Shown in pieces: positions 9,524 through 19,815 of a DNA stretch of 64,000 nt. The DNA comes from a virus. The number at the start of each line of letters is the position of its first letter. The first letter of the stretch is position 1. The translations under genes and the position numbers were made by a program. The DNA is taken from the IMG/VR virus record IMGVR_UViG_3300042294_004161, positions 35,131-99,130 of that record. The stretch is one strand, 5' to 3'. Below the pieces are notes generated by a model. That model worked only from the letters and a program-made list of their open reading frames with translations, did not search any database and was not told where the DNA came from.

Positions 9524-9809
9524 TATAGTTCCACAAGTTAGAATTAATCTATTTACTCAAATTCATGAAATAGTATTCCATAGTAATGGAGGTTATGATT
9601 GGCATACAATATATAATATGCCAATATGGTTAAGAAAGTTTACATTTAATAAACTTAAAGAACATTATGACAAAATAAATAATAATGAAAGTAGTGATAA
9701 TGTTTCTAAATCTATAGAAGCTATGAAATCAGCTGGATCTGTAAATAAAACTCCAATACCAAAAACTATTACACCTAATACTTATATTACAAAGGCATCA
9801 AAAAAATGA
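9501..9809 (+). CDS. Second tail chaperone frame (gpT/gp51-like), probably reached by frameshift from 8798
   Basis: Frame open from 9501 (TAA at 9498-9500), coding LFTQIHEIVFHSNGGYDWHTIYNMPIWLR; first ATG only at 9618. Confidence 0.6.
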   Translation, partial: TFFGLTFDIVPQVRINLFTQIHEIVFHSNGGYDWHTIYNMPIWLRKFTFNKLKEHYDKINNNESSDNVSKSIEAMKSAGSVNKTPIPKTITPNTYITKASKK

Positions 9810-9820
9810 TGCCTTTTTAT
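9791..9820 (+). terminator. Intrinsic terminator
   Basis: AAAGGCATCA-AAAAAA-TGATGCCTTT followed by a T-rich tract. Confidence 0.7.
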
Positions 9821-9826
9821 TTTATA

Positions 9827-9835
9827 ATATTTATA
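9827..9835 (+). promoter_or_regulatory. Putative late promoter ATATTTATA
   Basis: Just before the tape measure start. Confidence 0.55.
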
Positions 9836-9851
9836 AATAAATAATATTTAA

Positions 9852-12539
9852 ATGGCAACTCCTGAGGAAATACAAAAATTACTTAAAGACTTAGAAAAAG
9901 TTTATAAAGAATTAGGTACTAAAAATCCATTTGCTAATTTTGATGCTTCTAAAGTTTCAGATGCTAGTGCAGCTGTTGCTATTCTTAATGCAGGATTAAG
10001 AGATGCTAAACGAGAATTAAATGACATAAATGGGGATTTAAATGATACTGTCACAGCTTTTAAAAAAACAGTTGATGAAATTAAAAATACTAACTCAGGT
10101 CTTACATTAGCCTCTAAAACATTTAGTGGTTTAAGTGATATAGCTCGAAAATTAAAATCAGACCAAGCTGGAATTAATGAACTTTCAGGAAAAGAATTAA
10201 AAACATTACAAAAACAAGCTAAAGAAAAACGAGAAGATTTAATAGTTTCTAAAGATCTTCTTACATCCAGAATTTCAGAATTAAAAGAACTAGAAAAAAA
10301 AGGTGAATTAAATAAAAAAAATGAAAAAGAATTAATTCAATCTATAAATGCGGCTAAAGCTATTAAAAATGAATTAAGAGAACAAGATACTCTTTCTGCT
10401 TTAATTAATGGTAGATTAAATCAACGTATAAAACAAGAAGAAAGAATTGAAGGATTACTAGGTTTAGGTGGCGCCTCTATAGAAGGTGCTAAAAAAGCAT
10501 TAGATAAATTAGGTTTTGGAGGATTAGCAAATGCCCTTGGTTTAGATAAAGTCAAGGAGAAAATGGAAGAAGTAGCTGAGACTACAGAAAAATCTGAAGG
10601 ATATACTGGAGGATTTTCTGATAAAATGAAAGTACTTAAATCAGGAATTTCTGAAGCTGGGGTTCAATTTAAAAAATCTTTAACAGATCCAACAGTAGTT
10701 ACTACATTTTTAATTAATGAAATGGTATCTGCTCTTACCTCTGCTGATAAAGCTACAGGTGAATTAGCTAAATCTTTTGGTACTTCATATTCTGAGGCTA
10801 CATCATTAAGAAATGAGTTAAATACAGTAGCTAATTTAAGTGGTGATATAAATGTTAATACAGCAGCTCTCCAAAAATCATTAATAGCTATTAATAAAGA
10901 ATTTGGAACAGCATCAATGCTTAATGGTGAACTTCTTAAAGATTTCACTCAATTAACTACAGCAGCTGGTTATACTGAAGAGGCGGCATTAGGTTTATCT
11001 AAAATTACTGTAGCTACAGGTACAGATTTATCTGAAAATACATCTGAGATTTTAGGACAAGCAATGGCTTTTAATGCTACTAATAAGTTAGCTTTAAATG
11101 AAAAAGAAATTGTTGAAGGTGTAGCTAAAGCATCTGCAGCTACTACTTTATCTTTAGGAATGCAACCTAAAGAAATAGCTAAAGCTGTAGCCCAATCTAA
11201 AGCATTAGGTGTATCTTTACAACAAGTAGAACAAATAGCTAATTCATTACTTAATTTTGAACAATCTATTTCATCTGAATTAGAAGCAGAATTATTAACA
11301 GGTAAAGAACTTAATTTAGAAGAAGCAAGAAGATTTGCACTTAATAATGATATAGCTGGAGTAGCTAGAGAAATAGCAAAACAAATAGGAACAGCTGCTG
11401 ATTTTACTAAAATGAATGTTATTCAACAAGAAGCATTAGCAAAGTCTGTTGGAATGACTCGTGAAGATTTAGCTAACTCTTTAATAGAAAGAGAAGCATT
11501 AGCTAAAATTGGTAAAGGAGAAACAAATGCTCTAGAAGCATATAATAGACTTAAAAAAGAAGGACTATCTGATGACCAAATAGCAGCTAGATTAGGAGAT
11601 GAAAAATTAGCAACTCAATTAAAATCTCAATCAGTTCAAGAACGTTTTAATGCCTCAGTTGAAAAATTAAGAGAAATTTTTGTTAGTTTAGCAGAACCTG
11701 TTTTACAAATAATATCTCCATTTATGGATTTAGCAACAACAATATTACCTTTAATTAATATAGCATTAACTCCAATTACAGGAATTCTTAAATTTTTAGG
11801 AGAATCAATCCAATTTACTTTAGGATTAATAAGATCACTTTTAAAAGAAATTGGAGATCTTTTAAGCCCATTAACTAATATTCTTAATCCTTTATTTAAA
11901 GGCTTTTCAGAATTTGTAGAACAATCTAAAATTTTAAATACAATTTTAGAAGTCACAAAATCTATAGTAGGATCTATTGTTATTGCTTACGGAGCAATAG
12001 CAGCTTATAATGCAACTGCTAGTTTTTTTGCTGGACTAAGAGCAAAAGCTGAACAATCAACAGAAAAATCTTTAATTAGACAAGGTATTGTTATGTTAAA
12101 AAATTTAGGAACAGCTATTTTAGAGGCTGTTGCTAAAGTTACAGGAGCTAGTGCTGCTACTTTAGGAGTTGCTGCCGGCATAGCAGCAGTCGCCGGAGCT
12201 TCAGCTTACGCTTTTTTAAATAGCAAAAAAGGTAATGATATAATATCCCCAGGATATGGTGAACGTACATTATTCGGTCCAGAAGGAGCAATAGCATTAA
12301 ATAATAAAGATACAGTAATAGCAGGTACTAGTTTGTTTGGAGAAAATAAAAATCAATCAATAAATGAATCTACATCTGCATCTCCCTCATCCCCCTCAAT
12401 TAACTTATCACCATTAATTGAACGTATGATGGCTGTAGAAAATGTATTAGTACAAATTCTAAATAAAGAAGGTGGAGTATATTTAGATGGTACTAAAGTA
12501 GGTACAGCAATGGCTGTAAGTACTTACAGAGTTCAATAA
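9852..12539 (+). CDS. Tape measure protein
   Basis: 895 aa, Ala/Leu/Lys-rich helical, hydrophobic C-terminal segments; follows the chaperones. Confidence 0.85.
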   Translation: MATPEEIQKLLKDLEKVYKELGTKNPFANFDASKVSDASAAVAILNAGLRDAKRELNDINGDLNDTVTAFKKTVDEIKNTNSGLTLASKTFSGLSDIARKLKSDQAGINELSGKELKTLQKQAKEKREDLIVSKDLLTSRISELKELEKKGELNKKNEKELIQSINAAKAIKNELREQDTLSALINGRLNQRIKQEERIEGLLGLGGASIEGAKKALDKLGFGGLANALGLDKVKEKMEEVAETTEKSEGYTGGFSDKMKVLKSGISEAGVQFKKSLTDPTVVTTFLINEMVSALTSADKATGELAKSFGTSYSEATSLRNELNTVANLSGDINVNTAALQKSLIAINKEFGTASMLNGELLKDFTQLTTAAGYTEEAALGLSKITVATGTDLSENTSEILGQAMAFNATNKLALNEKEIVEGVAKASAATTLSLGMQPKEIAKAVAQSKALGVSLQQVEQIANSLLNFEQSISSELEAELLTGKELNLEEARRFALNNDIAGVAREIAKQIGTAADFTKMNVIQQEALAKSVGMTREDLANSLIEREALAKIGKGETNALEAYNRLKKEGLSDDQIAARLGDEKLATQLKSQSVQERFNASVEKLREIFVSLAEPVLQIISPFMDLATTILPLINIALTPITGILKFLGESIQFTLGLIRSLLKEIGDLLSPLTNILNPLFKGFSEFVEQSKILNTILEVTKSIVGSIVIAYGAIAAYNATASFFAGLRAKAEQSTEKSLIRQGIVMLKNLGTAILEAVAKVTGASAATLGVAAGIAAVAGASAYAFLNSKKGNDIISPGYGERTLFGPEGAIALNNKDTVIAGTSLFGENKNQSINESTSASPSSPSINLSPLIERMMAVENVLVQILNKEGGVYLDGTKVGTAMAVSTYRVQ

Positions 12540-12544
12540 TTTTA

Positions 12545-12553
12545 ATATTTATA
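12545..12553 (+). promoter_or_regulatory. Putative late promoter ATATTTATA
   Basis: Upstream of baseplate-region genes. Confidence 0.55.
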
Positions 12554-12569
12554 ACTAAAACATAAAAAC

Positions 12570-12812
12570 ATGAGTGTATTAGATTTACTTAACAACGGGT
12601 CTCAACTTACCGCATATGACGGTAGAACCCCAGCATCATATGATGGTGCATCTCAATTTCAAAGAGGATTAGAAGTATCACAATTAGATTTAAATGGTAG
12701 AAGACCAATACCATTTGATGGAACAACTCAATATGAAAGAGGATTAGCAGTTTCTCAACTAGATTTAGATGGTAGAACTCCTAACAGATATTTAGATAAT
12801 CCACCTAGATAA
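12570..12812 (+). CDS. Small internally repeated protein in tail module
   Basis: ~25 aa repeat unit SQL...GRxP..(Y/F). Confidence 0.7.
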   Translation: MSVLDLLNNGSQLTAYDGRTPASYDGASQFQRGLEVSQLDLNGRRPIPFDGTTQYERGLAVSQLDLDGRTPNRYLDNPPR

Positions 12813-15104
12813 ATGGCTCTTATTAATCTTCAAACTGACCTTAAATCTCTTAGGTATGGTAAAGACACTCCAGGTGGTGGTGATAGTGGACAACCATATA
12901 TTAAAAAAACCATACCACGTGTTTTTGTAGGAGCCAGTGAAGATTTTCTGTTAAGAGGAGGAATAAACGCTGTAACAGACTCACTTACGGATGTTGCTCG
13001 TTTAGCTAAAATGTTCACTGATACCAAATCACCAAATGGTTTGTTATTTATTGCTAAACAACAGTTATTATCACGTACTGCTTCACCAGCACAAGGTGGG
13101 ACACCACAATCACCACGATTATTAAATGAAGGCGTTTATAACCCGTTAAGTACACTAGCTCAGGCAGGTGTAGTAGCGTTTGGGGGTCATTTAAATAAAC
13201 AAGGTATTAATCCATTTGCTGAAACAGGGGCATATTCTAAAAATCCTAATTTATATTTTAATAAAGTTAAAGCATCAAATTTAAGTGCTGACAACTATAT
13301 TAGAACAGATGAAGTAGTTACTCAAGCTGATACTATTACAACTCCTATAAGAGTTTTCAATTCAGATCTACCATACGCTGATCAAATATATAATGGTTTT
13401 GATGTATTAGGAAATGATACAACACAATTTTCTACTTCAAAAGTTACTAGTGCTGATTTTCAAAATAGACTAGCTAATTTATGGTATAATAAAGTAGAAC
13501 AAAAAACATCAGATATTAATGTTTTAACATATAATGGAGGACCTGGTTCTATATTAGGAATCGGAAAAACTAATATTAGATTTGCAGATCAAAGAACAGG
13601 AGTAAATAGTGATAAACCTATTACAGGGGGAGTGACTTGGACTCCAAATCAATCAATTAATAGAGAATTCACTACATTAATAGGAATTGAAACTTCTAAA
13701 GGAGCTTCAAAAGCGTATGCTACTACTAATGGGTTAACATTAGATAATGATGTTGTTGATGGAACTAGAGTTTATAACTCAGCTGTAGGTCTTAATGCTA
13801 AATTATTTAATCCTTTAGCTAATAGTCCAATAACTTGGACTCCAAAACTAGAACAAACTAAACCAGATAGAACTCTTCCATTTAATATAACTATAGGTAA
13901 ATTAAGTGATATAATAAATAATGATCCTGTATTTGATAGTCTTGATAACTTAAATACAAATAGAGGATTTACAACTCCTACAGTTTATCAACCAGGTCCT
14001 GATCAAACTATATTAAATAATACAGACTTAATATATGCTAATAATACTTATACTTATACTCAAAAACAAATATTAGAAAATCCATATGGCAATGAAAATA
14101 CAGGAGAAACAATATCATCTCGTTCTAATGTAGGAAAATTAAATGGTTCACCTATATGGCAAGATTTTAGAAAAAAAATTAGAGAAACTTTAGGAGAAAA
14201 TTCTGAGCAAGTTAAAAAAGCAAAAGAAAAAGGAGCTCTTCCTAATTCTCCTAATTATGCTTTTAAAGGAATTGAAAATAGAGTAAATATAGGTGGAAAA
14301 AATAATTTAGGACCTGGAAATTTTACTGGTAAAAATTTATCATCATATACAGCTGGTTCAGGTATAGGACCAATAGATAAAATAAATGCTTTACCAATAT
14401 ATAGAAGTAAAAATGTTGAAACAAATTCTCAAGATTATCCTATAAATGATCTAGTTAAATTTAGAATAGCTGTAATAGATAATAATTCCCCTAACTTTAA
14501 AACATTCATACATTTTAGGGCATTTATTGATTCAATGTCTGATTCATATAATGCTACTTGGAATGGATTTAATTATTTAGGAAGAAGTGAACAATTTTAC
14601 AATTATGGTGGGTTTACTAGAACTGTTTCATTATCATGGACGGTATCAGTTCAATCAAAACAGGAACTTATTCCAATGTATAAAAAATTAAATTATCTAG
14701 CTTCATCATTAACAGGTGATTATAGTCCAGATGGATATATGAGAGGTAATTTAGTGCAATTAACTATTGGAGGATATTTATATGAACAACCAGGTATAAT
14801 AACTTCATTAACATATGATGTTCCCACAGAATCACCTTGGGAGATTGGAATAAATGATGAAGGTGGATTTGATTCTAGTGTAAAAGAATTACCTCATATT
14901 ATACGAGTAACAGGATTTAACTTTATACCTATCCAAAATTTTGTACCACAAAAACAAAAATTAACATTTGGTGATAATAATACAACAGGCAGTACTGATA
15001 GTTCTACAGGATTTGTAAAAACTGAAGGATTTCAAAGATATATAGCTTTAGCTAATGGAGATGATAAAGATAAAAGTTTTACTAATTATACAAACCCATC
15101 ATAA
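12813..15104 (+). CDS. Baseplate/tail tube initiator-like structural protein
   Basis: C-terminal FRAFIDSMSDSYNATW..YLGR.E.FYNY.GF.R.VSL, LTIG.Y.YEQPG.I.SL, PWE, LPH. Confidence 0.6.
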   Translation: MALINLQTDLKSLRYGKDTPGGGDSGQPYIKKTIPRVFVGASEDFLLRGGINAVTDSLTDVARLAKMFTDTKSPNGLLFIAKQQLLSRTASPAQGGTPQSPRLLNEGVYNPLSTLAQAGVVAFGGHLNKQGINPFAETGAYSKNPNLYFNKVKASNLSADNYIRTDEVVTQADTITTPIRVFNSDLPYADQIYNGFDVLGNDTTQFSTSKVTSADFQNRLANLWYNKVEQKTSDINVLTYNGGPGSILGIGKTNIRFADQRTGVNSDKPITGGVTWTPNQSINREFTTLIGIETSKGASKAYATTNGLTLDNDVVDGTRVYNSAVGLNAKLFNPLANSPITWTPKLEQTKPDRTLPFNITIGKLSDIINNDPVFDSLDNLNTNRGFTTPTVYQPGPDQTILNNTDLIYANNTYTYTQKQILENPYGNENTGETISSRSNVGKLNGSPIWQDFRKKIRETLGENSEQVKKAKEKGALPNSPNYAFKGIENRVNIGGKNNLGPGNFTGKNLSSYTAGSGIGPIDKINALPIYRSKNVETNSQDYPINDLVKFRIAVIDNNSPNFKTFIHFRAFIDSMSDSYNATWNGFNYLGRSEQFYNYGGFTRTVSLSWTVSVQSKQELIPMYKKLNYLASSLTGDYSPDGYMRGNLVQLTIGGYLYEQPGIITSLTYDVPTESPWEIGINDEGGFDSSVKELPHIIRVTGFNFIPIQNFVPQKQKLTFGDNNTTGSTDSSTGFVKTEGFQRYIALANGDDKDKSFTNYTNPS

Positions 15105-15110
15105 TAATTA

Positions 15111-15410
15111 ATGAATAGATATCAAAACATACCTAAAACTAAAATTAATAAAAAATTAGTATATCAAACATCAAGATATCCTGAGGTTTTATTATCTCCT
15201 AATGACATATATGTGTATACTACACAAGGAGATAGATTTGATACTCTAGCTCAACAATATTATAATAATAGTTCATTATGGTGGGTAATTTCAATAGCAA
15301 ACACAGACAAAGTAAACCAAAGTACAATAGTAATCCCAGAAGGATTACAAATTAGAATACCAGCAACATATGCTAATGTAATACAAGATTTTAATATAAT
15401 AAACGCTTAA
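15111..15410 (+). CDS. LysM-like baseplate wedge protein (gp53/tail X-like)
   Basis: GDRFDTLAQQYY.NSSLWWVISIAN...GLQIRIP. Confidence 0.8.
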   Translation: MNRYQNIPKTKINKKLVYQTSRYPEVLLSPNDIYVYTTQGDRFDTLAQQYYNNSSLWWVISIANTDKVNQSTIVIPEGLQIRIPATYANVIQDFNIINA

Positions 15411-15411
15411 T

Positions 15412-18372
15412 ATGGGAAACATAGTAGGGGAAGGTTTTGATCAAATAATTATAGATCAAATAAATCAAAGACAAAAAATATATGGTTCTATTAATAGAAC
15501 TAATGAAATATTAAATTACATAAATAATAAAACAGGTTGGTGTCGTTTAGTATCATCGGTTGATGTTGTTGTACCTCCTCCAAATAGAAACTTACCTAAT
15601 AGAGGTGTAGACCTTGCTAAAAATTTTATTTTATTTAATGGCACTTCATTCCAAGGGAATCAACAAAGAGGAGGAGTATGGCCTGGTACAGATGATCCTA
15701 GTTTTAATGACTATGCTTATGGTATGGGAGGTACTAATTTTGGATTACGTCCAATGCCTGGTATTACTCAAGCAACAATAAAAACAGAAACTAGAGGTTC
15801 TCTTAAAACAGCAACAATTAATATTAAAGCAAATAATAGAGAACAATTTGATATAATTGATGTTCTTTATCTTCGTTTAGGATATACAATGTTATTAGAA
15901 TGGGGTAGTAGTTCTTATTTTAGAAATAATGGAGATTATGAATCTAATAATTCTAATAGTTTAGTAAATGATTTTTTAAACGCAGGCCCCGCTACCCCAC
16001 CTAGTCCTACTTCAAGTACAAATCCAAATATTACAAATATTACAAATAATCCTTTAGTCTTTCAAACACCCCAACTTATTACAGGAAATACAACACCATC
16101 AAACACAAATAAAATTTTTAGTTATGCCAATTATCCTGAAAAGATTAAAGAAAAAAGATTAGAAGCTGTAGGTAATTATGATGCTATTATAGGTAAAGTA
16201 GTTAATTTTAATTGGACTTTTACAAAAGATGGAACCTATGATATTACTGTAATTTTAAGAAGTATGGGAGATGTAATTGAATCTCTTAAAACAAATATTC
16301 TACTTCCTGGAACTACAATTAATACTAATTCTGGAGATACTCAACCATCTGATAAACCAATTGAAGTAATTAAATCCTTTTCAGAAATTCATAGTATAGG
16401 AAAAGAATTTTATAGATTACAACAAAAACTCCCTTCAGCAAATACTCAAGGTGGGGGCATATTTAGAATTTTAGCTAAGTCTCAAGACAAAAATAATATG
16501 GCTTTTGAAGACAATAGTATTGATCCAAATTCAGTTATAGCTTTTTCTCAAATATATAGTGGAGAAGGTGGAGGTACTCATTATTATATTCGTTTAGGAT
16601 ATTTTTTAAAATTTTTAGAAAGAAAAATTATTCCTTATGTAAATATACCAGAAGTAGCTTTAATGGAATTTGATACAGATGTTAGGTCTAATATTATATA
16701 TTTACAAGCTCGACAAATTAGTAATAATCCAGGAATATGTGTAATTAATACTACTATAACTTTTAATGAAAATGGAAAAGAAGTAAAATTTGCTCCTGGT
16801 TGTGATCAGTTTAAAACTACATTACCTGGTAGTAAAAATACATATGGAAGAATAATGAATATTTATTTTGATATGGCTTGGATATTAACTACTATGGATT
16901 CATTAAAAGATAAAGATGGAAAAATATCATTATATTCCTTATTAGAAAGTATTTGTGATGGATGGAATACAGCAACAGGTAATTTTAATAAATTAGAACC
17001 AACAGTAGAAGAAAAAACAATACGTTTTATAGATGAAACAGCTCTTCCTGATAGAGATAGATGGTTAGAATTATTAGGTCAATCTGTAAAACCTGCGTTT
17101 TTTGATGTATATGGTTTATATCCTAGTAATCAAACAGCAGGATTTATTAAAGATTTAAGTTTTAATACAACTGTACCTCCAAATTTAGCTACTATGATTA
17201 CTATAGGAGCTACTTCTAAAGGATATGTTGTAGGACAAGATTCAACTGCTTTATCTCGAATGAATGCAGGTTTTACAGATAGATTTAAAAAAAATATAGA
17301 ATTCTCAGAAGATAAATCACCTCCAGGAACTTCATCTATTATTAATAACTATTCAGAAGTATTAAAAAATTATAATACTTTTCTTTTAGAATTAGGATCT
17401 GTTGATGAAGGAAAACCAAACTGGAATCAAGAAGCTATAGATAACTTTACAAATACAGCTGAAACTTTTTATGAATATGATCAAGCTAAACAAACATTAG
17501 AAGCTGTTGGATTATCAAAAGATTTAGCTGTTAAAGTAGTATCAGGAGAAACAACTACATCAGTAGAAGATTATGTAAATTATTTATCATCAGCTCCTGC
17601 ATCTTCAATTGGATTTTTACCTTTTGATCTACAATTAATAATGGATGGCCTTTCTGGAATGAAAATATATCAAAAATATACAATTGATACTACTTATTTA
17701 CCTGCTAATTATCCAACATCATTAGAATTTTTAATTAAAGGAATAACTAATAATATTCAAAACAATGAATGGACTACTACTATAGAATCAATAGCTATAC
17801 CTAAAAATCCATTTGGTTCTGTTCTTGGGAAAGGGGCGGTTGGTAATGCTTCTCGAGATAATAATAGAGGTGCTGCTCCTACACCAACCGGATCTACACC
17901 AAACGCTAATAGATTAAGAACAATCTTAACAAGTTTAGGATACCGTGAAAAAGGTAGAGAATTATCTAACGGTGGAGATATTTCAAATGATCTAGTAAAT
18001 TATGCTGCTTCAGTATTTAGAGAAATTAAAAACCAACTTCCAAGTTTAATAATCACAGTAACTGGAGGTAATGATGCTTATCACCAAAGATTAGCTTACA
18101 AATCATCTCATACCTTGGGCCAAGGATTAGATTTTGTAATTTCTCCATTAACAATAGATAATAAAAATGCTGTTGATAAAATATTAGGAGGATTTGCAGC
18201 TGGTAACCAATCTAAAATTGTTAGCTTTATTAATGAATATGATTATCCATCTTCAGCAGCTACAGCAGGTCACTTCCATATTAGAATTGGAGGTAAAGTT
18301 GAAAGTAAAAGAATAGCTACATTTATAGCTCAAGCAAATAAAGGTCAATTAACAACATATCCAATAGTTTAA
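15412..18372 (+). CDS. Baseplate hub-like protein with a putative C-terminal M15-type peptidase domain
   Basis: 986 aa; PMPGI..GSLKTATI, LYLRLGYTMLLEWG; C-terminal SH-x6-D and HFH. Confidence 0.6.
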   Translation: MGNIVGEGFDQIIIDQINQRQKIYGSINRTNEILNYINNKTGWCRLVSSVDVVVPPPNRNLPNRGVDLAKNFILFNGTSFQGNQQRGGVWPGTDDPSFNDYAYGMGGTNFGLRPMPGITQATIKTETRGSLKTATINIKANNREQFDIIDVLYLRLGYTMLLEWGSSSYFRNNGDYESNNSNSLVNDFLNAGPATPPSPTSSTNPNITNITNNPLVFQTPQLITGNTTPSNTNKIFSYANYPEKIKEKRLEAVGNYDAIIGKVVNFNWTFTKDGTYDITVILRSMGDVIESLKTNILLPGTTINTNSGDTQPSDKPIEVIKSFSEIHSIGKEFYRLQQKLPSANTQGGGIFRILAKSQDKNNMAFEDNSIDPNSVIAFSQIYSGEGGGTHYYIRLGYFLKFLERKIIPYVNIPEVALMEFDTDVRSNIIYLQARQISNNPGICVINTTITFNENGKEVKFAPGCDQFKTTLPGSKNTYGRIMNIYFDMAWILTTMDSLKDKDGKISLYSLLESICDGWNTATGNFNKLEPTVEEKTIRFIDETALPDRDRWLELLGQSVKPAFFDVYGLYPSNQTAGFIKDLSFNTTVPPNLATMITIGATSKGYVVGQDSTALSRMNAGFTDRFKKNIEFSEDKSPPGTSSIINNYSEVLKNYNTFLLELGSVDEGKPNWNQEAIDNFTNTAETFYEYDQAKQTLEAVGLSKDLAVKVVSGETTTSVEDYVNYLSSAPASSIGFLPFDLQLIMDGLSGMKIYQKYTIDTTYLPANYPTSLEFLIKGITNNIQNNEWTTTIESIAIPKNPFGSVLGKGAVGNASRDNNRGAAPTPTGSTPNANRLRTILTSLGYREKGRELSNGGDISNDLVNYAASVFREIKNQLPSLIITVTGGNDAYHQRLAYKSSHTLGQGLDFVISPLTIDNKNAVDKILGGFAAGNQSKIVSFINEYDYPSSAATAGHFHIRIGGKVESKRIATFIAQANKGQLTTYPIV

Positions 18373-18373
18373 A

Positions 18374-19036
18374 ATGTATTACCCTAAATCACAAATAAAA
18401 ACTAATTTATACACTAATGGGGATGAGTATATTGTTGAATTAACTCAAACACCATATATAGGATATTATTACTTAACAAGTACAGGAAGAGCATTTACTG
18501 GAAGAACACCTGATGATAGACCAAATCAAGAATTAATTAAAGTTGAACCGGTAACAAAAGATGAAGGTGATTCTTCAACAGTAATAAGACCCTCAACAGC
18601 TACTATTTTTTCATCTCATAATCCGGGAGCAATAGATGCAGTTACTTCTTTAGATTATAATTCAGCTTTAAATTATGCCCAATTAAAAAATATAAACGTA
18701 TATAACCCTCCAATTAAAATTTTACCTTATTACTCCCCAACCCTCCCAACCCCACAAGACTACCAAAACGGAGAATTTCAAAGATATTTTTGTAAAAAAA
18801 CAAACGAAATAAAATATATTGAAATAAATAAGGAACAATTTGATAAATTAGTAGCCCAAGATCCTCAAATTGAATTCTCACTATATCAACCATTTACTAT
18901 AACATGGATTATATCAGGTGATAAAGATACAGTAGCTAAAACTAATAGAAATATAGTAGAATTAGCATCATTTAGACAAAAATTACCTAGATTAGCTGAT
19001 TATCTTCGATTTGATTACACTAAGTATTTAAAATAA
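18374..19036 (+). CDS. Hypothetical protein ending the tail/baseplate module
   Basis: LYTNGDEY, YIGYY, PTPQDYQNGEFQRYF, W.ISG; coupled to upstream gene. Confidence 0.6.
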   Translation: MYYPKSQIKTNLYTNGDEYIVELTQTPYIGYYYLTSTGRAFTGRTPDDRPNQELIKVEPVTKDEGDSSTVIRPSTATIFSSHNPGAIDAVTSLDYNSALNYAQLKNINVYNPPIKILPYYSPTLPTPQDYQNGEFQRYFCKKTNEIKYIEINKEQFDKLVAQDPQIEFSLYQPFTITWIISGDKDTVAKTNRNIVELASFRQKLPRLADYLRFDYTKYLK

Positions 19037-19143
19037 TTTGGTAATCTTACTTTTCTTTCATATATTTATCATAAATAATTAAAAAACATAAACATGAAAG
19101 TAACACAACTACGTCAATTAATCAGAGAAGAAATTCAATCTGT
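19025..19143 (+). repeat. 119 bp perfect direct repeat, copy 1 (copy 2 at 21563-21681)
   Basis: Covers the YLK* codons of the upstream ORF, nested promoter motifs and ~17 leader codons. Confidence 0.9.
19037..19069 (+). promoter_or_regulatory. Nested TTTGG-N19-TATATT and ATATTTAT motifs
   Basis: TTTGG 19037-41, TATATT 19061-66, ATATTTAT 19062-69. Confidence 0.65.
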
Positions 19144-19429
19144 GGTTAAAGAAGCTAAAATCAAAAATCAATATGTCATTAAAGATGAAGAAGAAAGTGA
19201 TGAAGATTTTGATTTTTATGTAATTGATAAAAAGAAAGCATTTGAATATCTGAAACAATTTGATAAAAGAGGAAGTGTAAATGCTAAACAATTCATTAAG
19301 GATGATGAGGGTTGGGGTGAATTTGAACAATATTTAGAAGATGTTGAAAAAATGTCAGATAAACAGTTAGAAAAAGCAATGCGTGAAGAAATGAGTTATT
19401 ATTTCTTTAGCGAACCAGATGGTATTTAA
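19094..19429 (+). CDS. Leader-family protein 1, acidic cargo
   Basis: Starts MKVTQLRQLIREEIQSVVKE. Confidence 0.8.
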   Translation: MKVTQLRQLIREEIQSVVKEAKIKNQYVIKDEEESDEDFDFYVIDKKKAFEYLKQFDKRGSVNAKQFIKDDEGWGEFEQYLEDVEKMSDKQLEKAMREEMSYYFFSEPDGI

Positions 19430-19440
19430 AATATAAAGGC

Positions 19441-19803
19441 ATGAAAATTACTCAGCTACGTCAATTAATCAGAGAAGAAATTCAATCTGTAGTTAAAGAA
19501 GATAAAATTCATATAAAAGTAATTAATAAAGGCTTAAATAAATTTGGAGCAGAACAAATGAATAAAGCTTTTAAAAGTAATAGAGAAAAATATCCTGAAG
19601 CTATTGATGATTACTTTTTTAAAGTTGGAGATAAAATAGGTAAACCTAATAAAGTAATTAAACAACCTAAACTATTTAATAGCAACCCAGGCAAAACTAG
19701 TATGGGATTATATCATGTTCATAGTGTAGACCAAGGAATAATTGAAATACCATTAGAATGGCTAGATTATGATACTAAAACATTTAAAATTGTAGAAATT
19801 TAA
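19441..19803 (+). CDS. Leader-family protein 2, Lys-rich cargo
   Basis: Starts MKITQLRQLIREEIQSVVKE. Confidence 0.8.
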   Translation: MKITQLRQLIREEIQSVVKEDKIHIKVINKGLNKFGAEQMNKAFKSNREKYPEAIDDYFFKVGDKIGKPNKVIKQPKLFNSNPGKTSMGLYHVHSVDQGIIEIPLEWLDYDTKTFKIVEI

Positions 19804-19815
19804 ATAATTAAAATA

